The notes: generated from the letters alone by a model not told the origin. Numbered from the stretch's first letter, positions 8,024-17,218 are shown. The stretch: DNA of 42,604 nt from an uncultured Candidatus Saccharibacteria bacterium (GCA_964349985.1 CAYGIR010000001.1:1-42604), one strand, 5' to 3'. Numbers and translations are program-made.

Positions 8024-9301
8024 CTAGTACGTAATAATTCCGATTGCAATCTTACCAAAAATTATTTTGTCATCGGGTTCTATACCTTGGCGACGCAGTT
8101 CATGCATAATCCCCATTTTTTTCATGATATCACGGAGGCGTCTTACTCCAGAAGGATTATCGAAGTCAGTTCTTGTGGCAAAACGCTCAATCTTTTTACC
8201 TGTAACTAGGTATTTTTTATCTAATTTTTTTACGTTCCAGGCGTTTTCATCGCTTATGGTAATGATTGGCAACTGGGCAGTTTCTTCAGCAGTTGTGACT
8301 TGGTGGGCCTGTTCAGCATCAACGATTGTTCTTAGTCTGTACAAGAGATCAGGTAGGTTTTGTTTACTATGAGCCGATATAGCAACCACTGACACGTCCT
8401 TGGAAAGGATTTTTTTGAGAGTTTTTATGTGATCATTAATGATTTCGTCGTCAAGTCCCTCTATTTTTGTTAAAGCAACAATTCGCGGTCGTTTAGACAA
8501 ATCTACCTTGTAAGCTTTTAACTCATTCTGGATGACTTTGTACGATGCTACTATATCTTCGTCATAAGAATCAATTAGTTGCAGAAGTACACCAGTTCGT
8601 TCAACATGTCGCAAAAACTCATCACCGAGCCCCTTGCCATGACTTGCACCTTCAATCAATCCTGGGATATCTGCAATCAGCAAGCTGGATTCGTTATCAA
8701 TATCCACAACACCAAGGTTAGGTGTTAAGGTCGTAAATGGATAGTTCGCAACTTCTGGCCTAGCATTACTCACACTTGCCAAAAAGGTGGACTTACCAGC
8801 ATTTGGTAGCCCAACCAATCCAACATCGGCCACCATTTTTAATTCTAGTGTTACGGTCAGCTGATCTCCTATCTCACCTTTTTCTGCAACCCGTGGAGCT
8901 TGGCGAGTACTGCTAACGAAATGAGCGTTGCCATAACCACCTTGCCCACCGCTGGCCAGAATAAGTCTTTGGGTATTATGAGTAAGGTCTGCCAATAACG
9001 TCCCATCATTATCAATCACACTGGTACCAACCGGTACTGGCACAATTAGATCTTCACCATTCCGACCATGTTTGCGTCGCTTGGAACCTGGCTTACCAGA
9101 TTCCGCTTGTAACTCTTTGTGGAAACGAAAATTCGCCAGCGTATTTTGACTCAGGCTCGCAACGAAGACAACATCCCCACCCTTACCACCATCACCACCA
9201 TCCGGACCTCCGCGATCTATAAATTTCTCATGCCTAAAACTAACGACACCGTTACCGCCATCACCAGCTCTTATTTTTACCTGTGCAATATCAACGAACA
9301 T
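8024..9301 (-). CDS. obg: GTPase Obg/CgtA
   Basis: Gly-rich Obg fold (GDGGNGVVSFRHEKF, GGDGGKGGDV), G1 GLPNAGKST, G3 DIPGLIEGA, G4 TKIE, and the C-terminal OCT domain (KKIERFATRTDFDN...RDIMKKMGI). Confidence 0.95.
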   Translation of the reverse strand: MFVDIAQVKIRAGDGGNGVVSFRHEKFIDRGGPDGGDGGKGGDVVFVASLSQNTLANFRFHKELQAESGKPGSKRRKHGRNGEDLIVPVPVGTSVIDNDGTLLADLTHNTQRLILASGGQGGYGNAHFVSSTRQAPRVAEKGEIGDQLTVTLELKMVADVGLVGLPNAGKSTFLASVSNARPEVANYPFTTLTPNLGVVDIDNESSLLIADIPGLIEGASHGKGLGDEFLRHVERTGVLLQLIDSYDEDIVASYKVIQNELKAYKVDLSKRPRIVALTKIEGLDDEIINDHIKTLKKILSKDVSVVAISAHSKQNLPDLLYRLRTIVDAEQAHQVTTAEETAQLPIITISDENAWNVKKLDKKYLVTGKKIERFATRTDFDNPSGVRRLRDIMKKMGIMHELRRQGIEPDDKIIFGKIAIGIITY

Positions 9302-9326
9302 TAATCCTCAATCCTATAGCGTATTT

Positions 9327-10457
9327 CTACTGTCTGTATATGAATTTTTGGAAAGCAGAATATGTAGGTACCCAATCACTATAACCCACACGCCCCCAGC
9401 CAGCCAGACCATTCATGTCCGAATATTTTATCATGGTTCCGTCATCAGAAACGGCATCGACAATACCTAAATGGCCAGCCCAGCCTGAACCACTCTGAGC
9501 GATGGCGCCAACTCTGGGAGTAGCACTAACAGCCCAGCCAGGGGTACGAGCCGCAAAGAAAGCCCAGGTATTGGCGTTGCCCCACCCACCGGGCGCGCCA
9601 CCTTTTCTAGACGCATAATCCGTACACCATCCTCTGTCATAGCTCCCCCCGCCACCAGCAAAGACATAATAATTATAAGTTACAGCCCTGGCGGCGACCA
9701 CACCATCAGGTATTAATATTTGTTCCCCGATTACCAATCCGGTTACTTCAGCATCATTAAACGTAATTATGGCATCTTTACTCGCGCTAAACCTTTGGGC
9801 TAAACTATCTGGAGTGTCACCGGCTTTGATCTTATAGACTATCCCGCTTGTACCAGCAGGTGGCAAAACAAGTACCCTGCCAGCTGCCACCCAATCACCG
9901 GTCAGACCATTACTCCCCCTGATATTTTCTGATGAAACACCGAATTTGGTAGCAATAGCACTGATGTTTTCTCCAGGTAAAACCGTATATTCATGTATAT
10001 CTTTACGTGATGGTAAGGCCGCTGAAACCAATTGTGGCTTGGCGACTACTGCTTTGTCAGCAGGAGCCACAGCCTCGATTGCACTAACCGAATCAGCATG
10101 ATTAACTACAGAATTCGCTTCTGGCAACCCTACTTCACGTGCTATATGTACCGCGATATCAGCCGAAGATACTTGATCAAGCGGTCCTGCGATTTTAGCT
10201 ATTTCACCAGGGCTGGTAAGAGCATTTTGTTGAATGGATCGACTGCTTGTAGGTGCATTAGTGATAAAGAAAATAACAAGAGCTAACAAACCGCTGTTTG
10301 CGACAAGCAGACTATATCTTATTAACCGTTTGCGTGACCGTACAAACATACGACGAAATCTACGCTTAGAAGCTCGATGGATACTTTTGCGCGTAGCAAA
10401 ACGAGAACTAAAAGTCTGTGGCGTGGTACGAATAAGCGACTCCGTCTCCCGTTTCAA
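9327..10457 (-). CDS. Secreted peptidoglycan hydrolase: TM anchor, two LysM repeats and a C-terminal CHAP domain
   Basis: LysM repeats: YTVLPGENISAIATKFGVSSENI and YKIKAGDTPDSLAQRFSASKDAI. CHAP domain: CTDYASRK...WGNANTW...GAIAQSGSGWAGHLGIVDAV. The track start is a TTG; the real start may be the downstream Met (MFVRSRKR...). Confidence 0.85.
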   Translation of the reverse strand: MKRETESLIRTTPQTFSSRFATRKSIHRASKRRFRRMFVRSRKRLIRYSLLVANSGLLALVIFFITNAPTSSRSIQQNALTSPGEIAKIAGPLDQVSSADIAVHIAREVGLPEANSVVNHADSVSAIEAVAPADKAVVAKPQLVSAALPSRKDIHEYTVLPGENISAIATKFGVSSENIRGSNGLTGDWVAAGRVLVLPPAGTSGIVYKIKAGDTPDSLAQRFSASKDAIITFNDAEVTGLVIGEQILIPDGVVAARAVTYNYYVFAGGGGSYDRGWCTDYASRKGGAPGGWGNANTWAFFAARTPGWAVSATPRVGAIAQSGSGWAGHLGIVDAVSDDGTMIKYSDMNGLAGWGRVGYSDWVPTYSAFQKFIYRQ

Positions 10458-10603
10458 CGGGATAACTCTGTTACTGGGTCTTAGTTATTGTTATAAGGAG
10501 TTCGACCATCCTTATTATAATGTGCTTCGGGCAATAACAGAGATGACTCCTCTATCAATCTTGGGGGCTACCCCTGTAAACAGATGAGTGAGTCACGCAT
10601 AAA

Positions 10604-10631
10604 AGTATACCAAAAACACTCATAAAGGCAA
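10604..10631 (-). promoter_or_regulatory. Candidate sigma70-type promoter for the LysM/CHAP gene
   Basis: The minus strand reads TTGCCT-16 nt-(TGG)TATACT, with an extended -10. It predicts a 5' leader of at least 140 nt. Confidence 0.35.
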
Positions 10632-10669
10632 GCTTTTTATAATTCGTTGACCCCCGTTCTTATTTCCTA

Positions 10670-11752
10670 TTACTGGCAAAGTTTTTTGCAATGCTGCACG
10701 GTTAGCTGTTCGTGCTCTTGAAGGGTCTTAGAAAAATAAGTAATTCCATCATCACCAGCCACAAAATACAGATAATCCGTTGTTGAGGGTGAGGTCACGG
10801 CTTCGATAGACAATTTACCAACATTACTTATTGGCCCGGGCGGAAAACCTACGTGCATTCTTGTGTTGTACGGCGAATTATGCCCCACGGCAATTGTCGC
10901 AGCCTGTCCAGGATTATCTGACAATTCAACTCCGTCAATAATCGCGCCGTAAAATGCCGTAACATCCGAGCCGAGTGGCATACCAGACCGAAACCGCTTC
11001 AGAAAAACTTGAGCAACTACGGGTTTATCTGCCGGTCTACTGACTTCCCGCTCAATAATTGATGCTAGAATAATGCCCTGGTGTAACGTCAGACCTTGTT
11101 TAGCTATATCCGCCCTAACTTGAGGGGTTAGAACTTTTTGTAACTCATCCAAGGAGGCATTGATGATTGATTCTACAGTAGTTTGAGCAGTTTTTTGAAA
11201 TGTTTCTGGATACAAATATCCCTCCAGACTGGCATTTTGAGGCTTATCCCTCAGCGCGGGATGATTTACGTATAAGGCTGGATTGAATGCTTTTTCGACT
11301 TCATCCGGTGTAAATCCATTATTGATAAGCGCGTCCTTAATTTGTGACAAACGCTGCGCCGGCAAGATAGTTATCAAACTACTGGTAACCTTACCCTGTG
11401 TGAGTATGCTGATAATTTCTGCCACGGTTTGGTTTGGTCGTATTGAATACGTACCTGCCTGTAGACTTTCTCGTGCGTTATGGGTACGCACATACCATTC
11501 AAATGCCCAAGTCGAGCGTATTAGTCCTTTTGCCAGCAACTTTTGACCAATTTCCTGGGCTGTTTCACCAGTCGAAATAGTTACCAATATGCTGTGCTCG
11601 GAGGCACTAACCGGATCCAAATTCTTGTAATAAGCTTGTCGAACCACGAATACCGCCATCCCGGAGCCAATCACCGCCAAAATAAGCATTATCAGCAATA
11701 TTTTTGCCCAGTTACGTTGTCGCCTACCCATCTTGTAATTTTTCATCATCAA
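10670..11752 (-). CDS. mltG: Endolytic murein transglycosylase MltG (YceG family)
   Basis: N-terminal TM, a LysM-like fold (ETAQEIGQKLLAKGLIRS), the catalytic region LASIIEREV and a YNTR...PPGPISNVG signature. Confidence 0.9.
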   Translation of the reverse strand: MMMKNYKMGRRQRNWAKILLIMLILAVIGSGMAVFVVRQAYYKNLDPVSASEHSILVTISTGETAQEIGQKLLAKGLIRSTWAFEWYVRTHNARESLQAGTYSIRPNQTVAEIISILTQGKVTSSLITILPAQRLSQIKDALINNGFTPDEVEKAFNPALYVNHPALRDKPQNASLEGYLYPETFQKTAQTTVESIINASLDELQKVLTPQVRADIAKQGLTLHQGIILASIIEREVSRPADKPVVAQVFLKRFRSGMPLGSDVTAFYGAIIDGVELSDNPGQAATIAVGHNSPYNTRMHVGFPPGPISNVGKLSIEAVTSPSTTDYLYFVAGDDGITYFSKTLQEHEQLTVQHCKKLCQ

Positions 11753-12174
11753 TCATGCTCCATAGTTAGGTAATCCGTTAGTATATAGCTGGCAGCCAAC
11801 GCGTCCACGGTTGCTTTACTAAACGACTTGCCACGACTACTTAACTCTGCCTCAGCCTTTACGGAAGTTAGGGCTTCATCCTGCCAAATAATTGGCAACT
11901 TGAAATGAGACTCCAGTTCGCGTCCGAACTCCCTAGTAAGGCGCGTTTGCATGGTATCCTGACCCTCCAAGCCTCTAGGCAGGCCTACCACAATACGCCC
12001 CACCTGGTTTTTGGTTATCACATCTCCAAGATTGTCCCAAAATTCAGTCCCTTGACGCGTCAAGGTTGTCAAAGGCACAGCCACTCGCACCCCTGCATAT
12101 GCCAGCGCCAGACCAACTCTCCGCTCCCCTACATCAAGTGCCAAAACATTATTGATTGGCATTATTCTGATCAA
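11749..12174 (-). CDS. ruvX: Holliday-junction resolvase-like nuclease RuvX (YqgF)
   Basis: LALDVGERRVGLALA, VVGLPRGLEGQDT and WQDEALTS are the YqgF family motifs. There is a 4-nt overlap with mltG. Confidence 0.9.
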   Translation of the reverse strand: MIRIMPINNVLALDVGERRVGLALAYAGVRVAVPLTTLTRQGTEFWDNLGDVITKNQVGRIVVGLPRGLEGQDTMQTRLTREFGRELESHFKLPIIWQDEALTSVKAEAELSSRGKSFSKATVDALAASYILTDYLTMEHD

Positions 12175-13852
12175 ATGTTATCGTGATGTGCTTTTGATTC
12201 TTTGGGGTAGAGTATACCCAGAAAGGGCTGTAGGTAATGGTTACGTCTTTGATGCCTGGACGCGCCAATATAAGTCCCTGTGCTTCACCTTTCTTCTTGC
12301 CGGCAATTTGTTTTTTGATACCATCCGCATCAAGTTGTGGACCGGCGATCGCCAGTGCCTTTACCTCAAACTTTATCTCATTAGCAGACGTTTTTTCCAG
12401 GATTTGAATTACGGCGTTGCTCAGACCATTATCCTGGATAACCTGTTTTGATACGTCAATATGTTTTTTAATATCTGTTTCTACTAACTCTTTCAGATCA
12501 TCTTCTTTAACACCGATTTGCCCAAATGTAATGGTTGCCGATACATTTACATCTGTCGCGGGCTCATTTACGTTTGGAGTACTCACTACTACCGGAGGGC
12601 TGGCAGTAAAAGTATCTGGCAATACCCGCAATTTTTCAGATGCGAACTGCGTCTTTAATTCGTTGGTTGCGCTTGTCGTAAGCCTGTCAATAATTTTTTG
12701 CCTGGCTTTGTCTATGTCCGCCTGGCTGGCAACTTGCACCAATTTACTTGTCCCGCCGGTCATAGCACTGCTTCCAGTGCCACTGACACCACTAATAGCG
12801 ATGCTGAACTGACGATTGGCACTCAGGTTGTACTGACCACCAGCACCCTGAGCGACCACTCCAACATTTCTGAATGAATCGTTTTTGCATGTTTCGCTGG
12901 GAAGTGTGAAATTACTCTGTGGAATAGCTACCGTTTCAGTAGTCACGAAGGCTATGGCAGTACCGGCGTTCGTAGTACTTAGGACCGTACCAGCTGGCAA
13001 AGTTATGCCATCCTCATTGTCTTTATTGCAATTAGTAATAGTCACCGTGCCCGTTGCTCGATTACCTTCATCACGCTGACCAGTGGCAGGCGTTTTTTCG
13101 GTGTCAGTTTTTTTGAGCTGCTTATTGATGGCGGGAATCAGTAGCTGTTCTCTATCGACGGACTTAGCGTCAACTTTGGCAGTAACGCGCAGAGTAGTAC
13201 TGACGTTTGTAGTATCGGTCTTGATGACAATCTTAGCTTTCGGCAAAATTACAAATGCAAATACTCCACCGACAATCAGCAATATTAATAACCCAATACC
13301 ACAAAAAAGCAACACCCTGAAACGATCAAAGTTGGGTATTTTTAGTTTTTTATTGATAGATTTTTTATTGTCTTTTTCTATTTTTGTCACCGCATCGTTA
13401 TCAATCACCGGCTCATCATTATCCAGATCTATAGTTTCTTCGGTAGCCACGTGTCCAGCCAACTGACCAATCGGCGCACGAGGATCAAGTGCCATATCGG
13501 GCTCGTCAACTACTTCATTTTCTACAATAACGCTGGTTTGTTTCAAAGCTGGAGACTCTGGAACTACAGGTTTACTTTGAAGCGTTTTGGATACGAGCAT
13601 ACCTGCCGCACCAGCGATTGGCAAAAGACCCGGATCAGAGGTAACAAGCACTAGATTTTTCCTGGCTTCAGTAGCGGTACGTTTAAGCAGCTTTAAATTA
13701 ACTATCGAATGCAAAGTGGCTGCTCGTTTAGGTAAAACTAAAGCGATAATTTTTGCATTCGAGCTACGAACCTTATCAATAATAAACGTAATTTCATCAT
13801 CCGCATCAATATAGATAGTGTCTTTGCTAGCTGGAGCTTTTTTTACACTCAT
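12149..13852 (-). CDS. Conserved hypothetical bitopic membrane protein (~190 aa cytoplasmic N-domain, one TM, ~350 aa extracellular region)
   Basis: The start is set at MSVKK (13852) because AGGA lies 8 nt upstream. N-domain: IYIDADDEITFIIDKVRSSNAKIIALVLPKRAATLHSIVNLKLLKRTA. TM: LLFCGIGLLILLIVGGVFAFVIL. No confident family assignment from sequence alone. Confidence 0.6.
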   Translation of the reverse strand: MSVKKAPASKDTIYIDADDEITFIIDKVRSSNAKIIALVLPKRAATLHSIVNLKLLKRTATEARKNLVLVTSDPGLLPIAGAAGMLVSKTLQSKPVVPESPALKQTSVIVENEVVDEPDMALDPRAPIGQLAGHVATEETIDLDNDEPVIDNDAVTKIEKDNKKSINKKLKIPNFDRFRVLLFCGIGLLILLIVGGVFAFVILPKAKIVIKTDTTNVSTTLRVTAKVDAKSVDREQLLIPAINKQLKKTDTEKTPATGQRDEGNRATGTVTITNCNKDNEDGITLPAGTVLSTTNAGTAIAFVTTETVAIPQSNFTLPSETCKNDSFRNVGVVAQGAGGQYNLSANRQFSIAISGVSGTGSSAMTGGTSKLVQVASQADIDKARQKIIDRLTTSATNELKTQFASEKLRVLPDTFTASPPVVVSTPNVNEPATDVNVSATITFGQIGVKEDDLKELVETDIKKHIDVSKQVIQDNGLSNAVIQILEKTSANEIKFEVKALAIAGPQLDADGIKKQIAGKKKGEAQGLILARPGIKDVTITYSPFWVYSTPKNQKHITITFDQNNANQ

Positions 13853-13871
13853 GAGTTTATTCCTATCACTT

Positions 13872-13954
13872 TGAGCAGTGAGCATTGAGCAGTGAGCAGT
13901 GAAATAAAATTACCGAACTGGGCTAACTCATTGCTCATTGCTCTTTGCTCTTTG
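13872..13954. repeat. Two inverted arrays of four tandem heptamers separated by a 24-nt spacer
   Basis: Left array TGAGCAG TGAGCAT TGAGCAG TGAGCAG (13872-13899). Right array CTCATTG CTCATTG CTCTTTG CTCTTTG (13927-13954). The arms are imperfectly complementary. Confidence 0.8.
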
Positions 13955-13957
13955 TTG

Positions 13958-15256
13958 TCATATTTGTAACATCCTGTCTAACCGATCCCTGACAGATCCT
14001 GGTCGTCTTGAACTATCCTGTGTCTGTAATGTATCCAAACCCACTCTTAGCAGACCCATCGCCGTAATAAACGTGTGATCATTTACATCTCCGGTCGCAT
14101 CAGTGATACCGACTACTTCGTCTGGTTGAATATGCTGGATGATCGGACGTTTCGTAAATGGCAATTCGCGGTACCAACTTGATTGTTCGAGCCGTTCCAT
14201 CAACATGTCCAGCGATGACCCACCTCCACATAGCAATATCTGGTTAGGTAGATGATCAGACATAGTAAACTCTCCCAATGCCAACTCTATACCACTAATC
14301 CAAACATCCAAAGTTTTATCCAATGCATGCTTGACTGTTGTAGCTTTAGCGGCGGTCAAATGCCGTGCTCCATAAGCTAGTTTAAACTCTTCTGCTTCCT
14401 TAAAACTAATCCCGAGTTGCCTTTCGATAGATCGCGTAAATGCCCGACCACCGATACCAAACATTTTTGTTCCCTGTACACCACCATCTTGTAGCACAGC
14501 GATGTCCGTCGTACCACCACCTACATCCATCAATATAGCACTCATGTTCGCATCAGTATCATTGCCTATGACAGACCTTGCTACTGCGAAAGGCTCAGCC
14601 GCAACCGCAACTAAATCCAGATCCAACTCCTGCGCTGTCCGCTCTAATGCCCCGATATGAATTAATGGTGCGAATGCCGTATAAAGTTGCACAACAACTT
14701 CCTTGCCCTGAAAACCAATTGGATTTGTAACGACGTAGCCATCAATGTCAATTCGAACCAGCGCGCTATTGACCAATCGTATCTCTACGTCTTTGCCACC
14801 GAGCTCCCAAGCTAGTTGCTGTTTTGCTTTCAACAGTGCCTTTTCTTGCACCAGACTAATTATTTGATCCGTTTCCTCCGTGTCCAAAGGCTTACTTGGA
14901 TTTTTGCGACGCACCCTCACCGTAGTTGTCGTACCTTTGACCAATTCGCCCGCTATCCCAATCACCGCCGTACGTACGCTTATGCCAGCTTGTTGTTCGG
15001 CGGTACTCAACGCGGTATCACAGTTACGCACTACGCCAGCAATATCAGAAATAGCACCAGCCTGCATATCCGCAAGCCCTTGATGCGCCCGTCCAACCCC
15101 AATAACTTGCAACTGATCACCTGCTACTTTGGCAATCAACACTTTTACAAACTCCGTGCCAATATCCAATCCAACAATATACTGTGGCTTAGAGCTGGAT
15201 TTTTTGCCACGAACCTTAGCAGCAATCTTTTTAATGTCTTTTAACTTCGTAACCAT
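13958..15256 (-). CDS. Actin-like ATPase of the FtsA family
   Basis: IVGLDIGTEFVKVLIA (phosphate 1), MDVGGGTTDIAV (phosphate 2), LLCGGGSSL (adenosine motif), AEEFKLAYG, and a C-terminal basic/amphipathic tail. No ftsZ lies downstream, so a cell-division role is not certain. Confidence 0.6.
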   Translation of the reverse strand: MVTKLKDIKKIAAKVRGKKSSSKPQYIVGLDIGTEFVKVLIAKVAGDQLQVIGVGRAHQGLADMQAGAISDIAGVVRNCDTALSTAEQQAGISVRTAVIGIAGELVKGTTTTVRVRRKNPSKPLDTEETDQIISLVQEKALLKAKQQLAWELGGKDVEIRLVNSALVRIDIDGYVVTNPIGFQGKEVVVQLYTAFAPLIHIGALERTAQELDLDLVAVAAEPFAVARSVIGNDTDANMSAILMDVGGGTTDIAVLQDGGVQGTKMFGIGGRAFTRSIERQLGISFKEAEEFKLAYGARHLTAAKATTVKHALDKTLDVWISGIELALGEFTMSDHLPNQILLCGGGSSLDMLMERLEQSSWYRELPFTKRPIIQHIQPDEVVGITDATGDVNDHTFITAMGLLRVGLDTLQTQDSSRRPGSVRDRLDRMLQI

Positions 15257-15307
15257 AACTGTTACAAGTATACCATAAACAGAGGTGCGCGATAATTGAC
15301 CTAATTC

Positions 15308-17218
15308 CTATTGCAGGATCGCTTTTATACGACGAATTCCGGCAGAAGAAGATTCTTCTTTTATGATTTTGAATTTTCCTGGTGGTGAGCCTGTCGAACC
15401 ATTGTCATCTTCGGCAAGTTGGTTGGTGTGGTCTACGTGCGGACCACCGCAGATTTCAAAACTGAAGGGTTTTTCTGCGCCATCAGCTATCATTTTGTAA
15501 ACTTTTACGGTATCGCCGTAACGGTCGCCAAACTGCCCCAGCGCGCCCAGCTTGCCGGTGGCTTCCTCAGTGGGATATTCCGCCCAGGTAACTTTTAAAT
15601 CTTTAGATATTTGCTCGTTCACAATAGCTTCAACTCTTTCTAATTGCTCTGGCGTAACTTTTTCTGGATGAGAAAAATCGAACCTTAGACGTTCCTCGGT
15701 AATATTACTGCCACGTTGTATAACATGATCGCCCAACACATCCCGCAAAGCCTGATACATCAAATGCGTAGCAGTGTGATATTTCTTGTGTTGCAACGTC
15801 TGACCGCCCAAACCACCTTTGAAAGTTCCTTTGCTCGCCGTCTGACTACGTTCGCGCTGCTCGGCCATTTTAGTGTCAAAAGCCATCCGCCAGTCCTCGT
15901 CCAAATCAATTCCTTGCTTAAACGCTTCTTCCAAACTCAGCTCAACCGGAAACCCAAAAGTATCATACAAATGAAACACAATCCCACCTGTCAGGGTACG
16001 TCCTTGACAGGTTTTGGTGAAGTGTTTTACGCCGGCTCGCAGGGTTTGGCGGAAGACTTTTTCTTCTTTGACCAAAATGTCTATAACTTCCTGGCGTTTG
16101 GTGGCTACCTCTGGAAAATCTTCGTGGTACATATCGGCAATTACTGGCACAACTTGCTCTAAAAAGTTCTGTTCTATCCCTAGCTCAAAAGCATATCGAA
16201 TAGCTCGGCGCAGCAACCGGCGCATTACATAACCCTGTTCTTTATTGCTCGGCACTACGCCATCAACCGCCAAAAACGTCGCACCACGCAGATGATCGGC
16301 AATCACTCGCATGGCATTGGTATGATTATCATAGCTTTTGTCGGATAATTTTTGCAATTGCTCGATAATTGGCCACAGCAAACTAATCCTAAACACGTCC
16401 GGGCTGTCGATAGCGGCGGCGGCGATCCGCTCCAGCCCGCCTCCATAATCGACGTTTTTGGCTGGTAATTTCTCAAACCCCTTATCAGTTTTTAGGTATT
16501 CCATAAAAACCGAATTACCTAGTTCGATGTATCGTCCACAATCACAGTTCGGATGACAATATTTGCCCCATTTAGTATCGTGCTGAACACTTGGGAAAAG
16601 ATAAAACATCTCGGTATCAGGACCGCACGGTTCACCGTTTTTAACGTCCTTGGGCGCGCCGTTACGACTCCACCAGTTTTTCTCGTCATAAAAGAAAATC
16701 CGTCCGCCTTGCTCACCCACCTTATAACCATTGGCTTCGGAGCCAATCTCTACCTGTTTTGCGTCCAAACCCTTAGCCTTAAATAATTTTGCCCAAATAT
16801 CGGCCGACTCGCTGTCTTTTGGAACTTTATATTCAGAAAAACCGCTACAACAGGTTACAAAAATACGCTCCGGATCCAGCCCAATTTTGTCAGTCAGAAA
16901 TTCAAAAAACCAAGGTATTTGCTCAGCCTTAAAATAATCGCCCAGCGACCAATTGCCTAGCATCTCAAAAAAAGTAGTATGACGATTATCACCAACTTCA
17001 TCGATATCTTGTGCCCGTAGACACGTCTGGCTATCCACCAACCTAGTACCATCCTGATGTGGCTCACCTAGCAAATATGGAATTAGCGGTTGCATGCCAG
17101 AACCAGTAAACAACGTGGTTGGATCGTTATATGGTACCAAAAGTGCCCGTGGGATGACTTTGTGTCCCCGCTCCATAAAAAAATCTAAATAAGCCTGCCG
17201 TATTTCCTGCGCATTCAT
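15308..17218 (-). CDS. alaS: Alanine--tRNA ligase, short form ending right after the editing domain
   Basis: MNAQEIRQAYLDFFMERGHKVIP, the FTGSGMQPL-type class II core, editing-domain motifs HTATHLM and CGGPHV, and termination at GIRRIKAILQ. It is 636 aa. Confidence 0.95.
   Translation of the reverse strand: MNAQEIRQAYLDFFMERGHKVIPRALLVPYNDPTTLFTGSGMQPLIPYLLGEPHQDGTRLVDSQTCLRAQDIDEVGDNRHTTFFEMLGNWSLGDYFKAEQIPWFFEFLTDKIGLDPERIFVTCCSGFSEYKVPKDSESADIWAKLFKAKGLDAKQVEIGSEANGYKVGEQGGRIFFYDEKNWWSRNGAPKDVKNGEPCGPDTEMFYLFPSVQHDTKWGKYCHPNCDCGRYIELGNSVFMEYLKTDKGFEKLPAKNVDYGGGLERIAAAAIDSPDVFRISLLWPIIEQLQKLSDKSYDNHTNAMRVIADHLRGATFLAVDGVVPSNKEQGYVMRRLLRRAIRYAFELGIEQNFLEQVVPVIADMYHEDFPEVATKRQEVIDILVKEEKVFRQTLRAGVKHFTKTCQGRTLTGGIVFHLYDTFGFPVELSLEEAFKQGIDLDEDWRMAFDTKMAEQRERSQTASKGTFKGGLGGQTLQHKKYHTATHLMYQALRDVLGDHVIQRGSNITEERLRFDFSHPEKVTPEQLERVEAIVNEQISKDLKVTWAEYPTEEATGKLGALGQFGDRYGDTVKVYKMIADGAEKPFSFEICGGPHVDHTNQLAEDDNGSTGSPPGKFKIIKEESSSAGIRRIKAILQ

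Noticed and set aside
7999-8058. A 20-codon N-terminal extension of sbcB overlapping the obg 3' end.
   Set aside because: The conserved Exo I N-terminus begins at MQSSTFYFYDLETSG, and the extension would overlap obg by 35 nt. The internal ATG at 7998 is the better start.
10458-10669. A possible cyclic-di-AMP (ydaO) riboswitch upstream of the LysM/CHAP hydrolase.
   Set aside because: The context is suggestive, and there are ACGGGGGUCAAC and CAGGGGUAGCCCCC strings. However, the conserved GGGGACCCA / GGGGUGAAUC / CCGAACCCG cores and the pseudo-two-fold architecture are not recognisable by eye.
13872-13954. The heptamer arrays considered as a CRISPR or a simple intrinsic terminator.
   Set aside because: - The units are 7 nt with no spacers, so this is not CRISPR-like.
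- No U-run follows the hairpin in gene sense.
- They are kept only as an unexplained repeat.
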